Positions 63,140 through 64,000 of a stretch of DNA of 64,000 nucleotides are shown in pieces. Positions within the stretch are counted from its first letter, which is position 1. Every line of letters starts with the position of its first letter. The position numbers were made by a program, and so were the translations under genes. The DNA is from Bispira polyomma (taxonomy: Eukaryota): NCBI GenBank assembly GCA_965649765.1, contig OZ287756.1, forward strand, positions 29,388,001 through 29,452,000. Reading direction: 5' to 3'. The notes under the pieces are model-generated. The model saw only the letters and a program-made list of their open reading frames with translations. It searched no databases and was not told where the DNA came from.

Positions 63140-64000
63140 CTGATAACATAAATTGTAGTTAATTTTTACATTTAATTGAATCACTTTGTATTGTAGCACC
63201 AGACTTCATAAGAAATCACCCCCCTAAGGTGGATCCTCCAAAAAGGAGTAGTCCATCAACAGAAAAAAAAGTGGTCACAGTTAACTGGGGAAGGTTGGTA
63301 TAGAGCAACGTAGGTAGGCCTAAAAAGGTAAGTGTTTTAATTCACTTGTAAAACTAGTCACTTTGTGGGAAGATTATTCTACTCAATTGGAGCATCGATG
63401 GCAAAGCAACGTCTGCCAATTCTACTTCCTAATCACATCTACTGTATGTAATACAAGAAGTGAATGGAGTGGCCCCGGGGTTAGTTGCCGACAAAGCCGC
63501 CCCCCCCCCCCCCCCCCCGCCAAAAAAAATAAAAGATAAATGGAATAAAAATTAACCCCCCCCCCACCCCACAAAAAAAAAATTCAACTCCCCCACCCCA
63601 CAAAAAAAAGTAATATCATATCCCCCCCCCCCCCCCCCCCCTACAGAGATCCTGTAACCACGCTATCACTAGGGAGTCAGGCTATCCATGGTATAACGAT
63701 AGTTTGCACTTGCCAACTAACGTAATAATATATCTTACGTAATAATAATAACACATCAAACAATAAAGCAATTTAGAATAATAGACAATTTATACCTGAA
63801 TATTAGGTTATATATACACATTTATACATACAGGTAAAACTTAGATACAACTATTGAATTATGAAGAGCTTGACATCACGGTAGCATGGATTGAAGTTTT
63901 ACCTTTCTTCTGCGGCATCAAAAATAAATTTAAGTCAAGTCTATGGCTGATATATACTTCGGAAGTGAAGCACGTGTATATAGGCGACAATGAAAGAATT

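Overview
AT-rich, repeat-dense eukaryotic DNA with GT-AG introns, most likely from a lophotrochozoan (mollusc-like) invertebrate; the taxon is inferred, not determined. Host genes: an intronless NitFhit fusion gene (2177-3586, -), a disrupted sulfotransferase-like ORF (22174-23416, +), a five-coding-exon NAT16/histidine N-acetyltransferase-like GNAT gene (50287-57164, +), and the last two exons of a DBH/MOXD1-like copper monooxygenase (61332-63139, -). The rest is mostly transposons: a decayed Gypsy LTR element, L1/Tx1 and L2 LINEs, several tRNA-derived SINE families, MITEs, Helentron-like elements and minisatellites. Most notable are two different L1/Tx1-clade LINEs whose ORF1 ends in an unusual cargo domain. 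One is a young, TSD-flanked element with an intact 1273-aa ORF2 and a NADAR (YbiA-like) domain (27266-32910). The other is an old, decayed element with an IMPACT/YigZ (UPF0029) domain that the ORF track misses (about 9870-14400). A local inversion (27016-33077) can also be reconstructed, because it splits two unrelated repeats at the same breakpoints. All family assignments come from motif recognition by eye; no searches were run.
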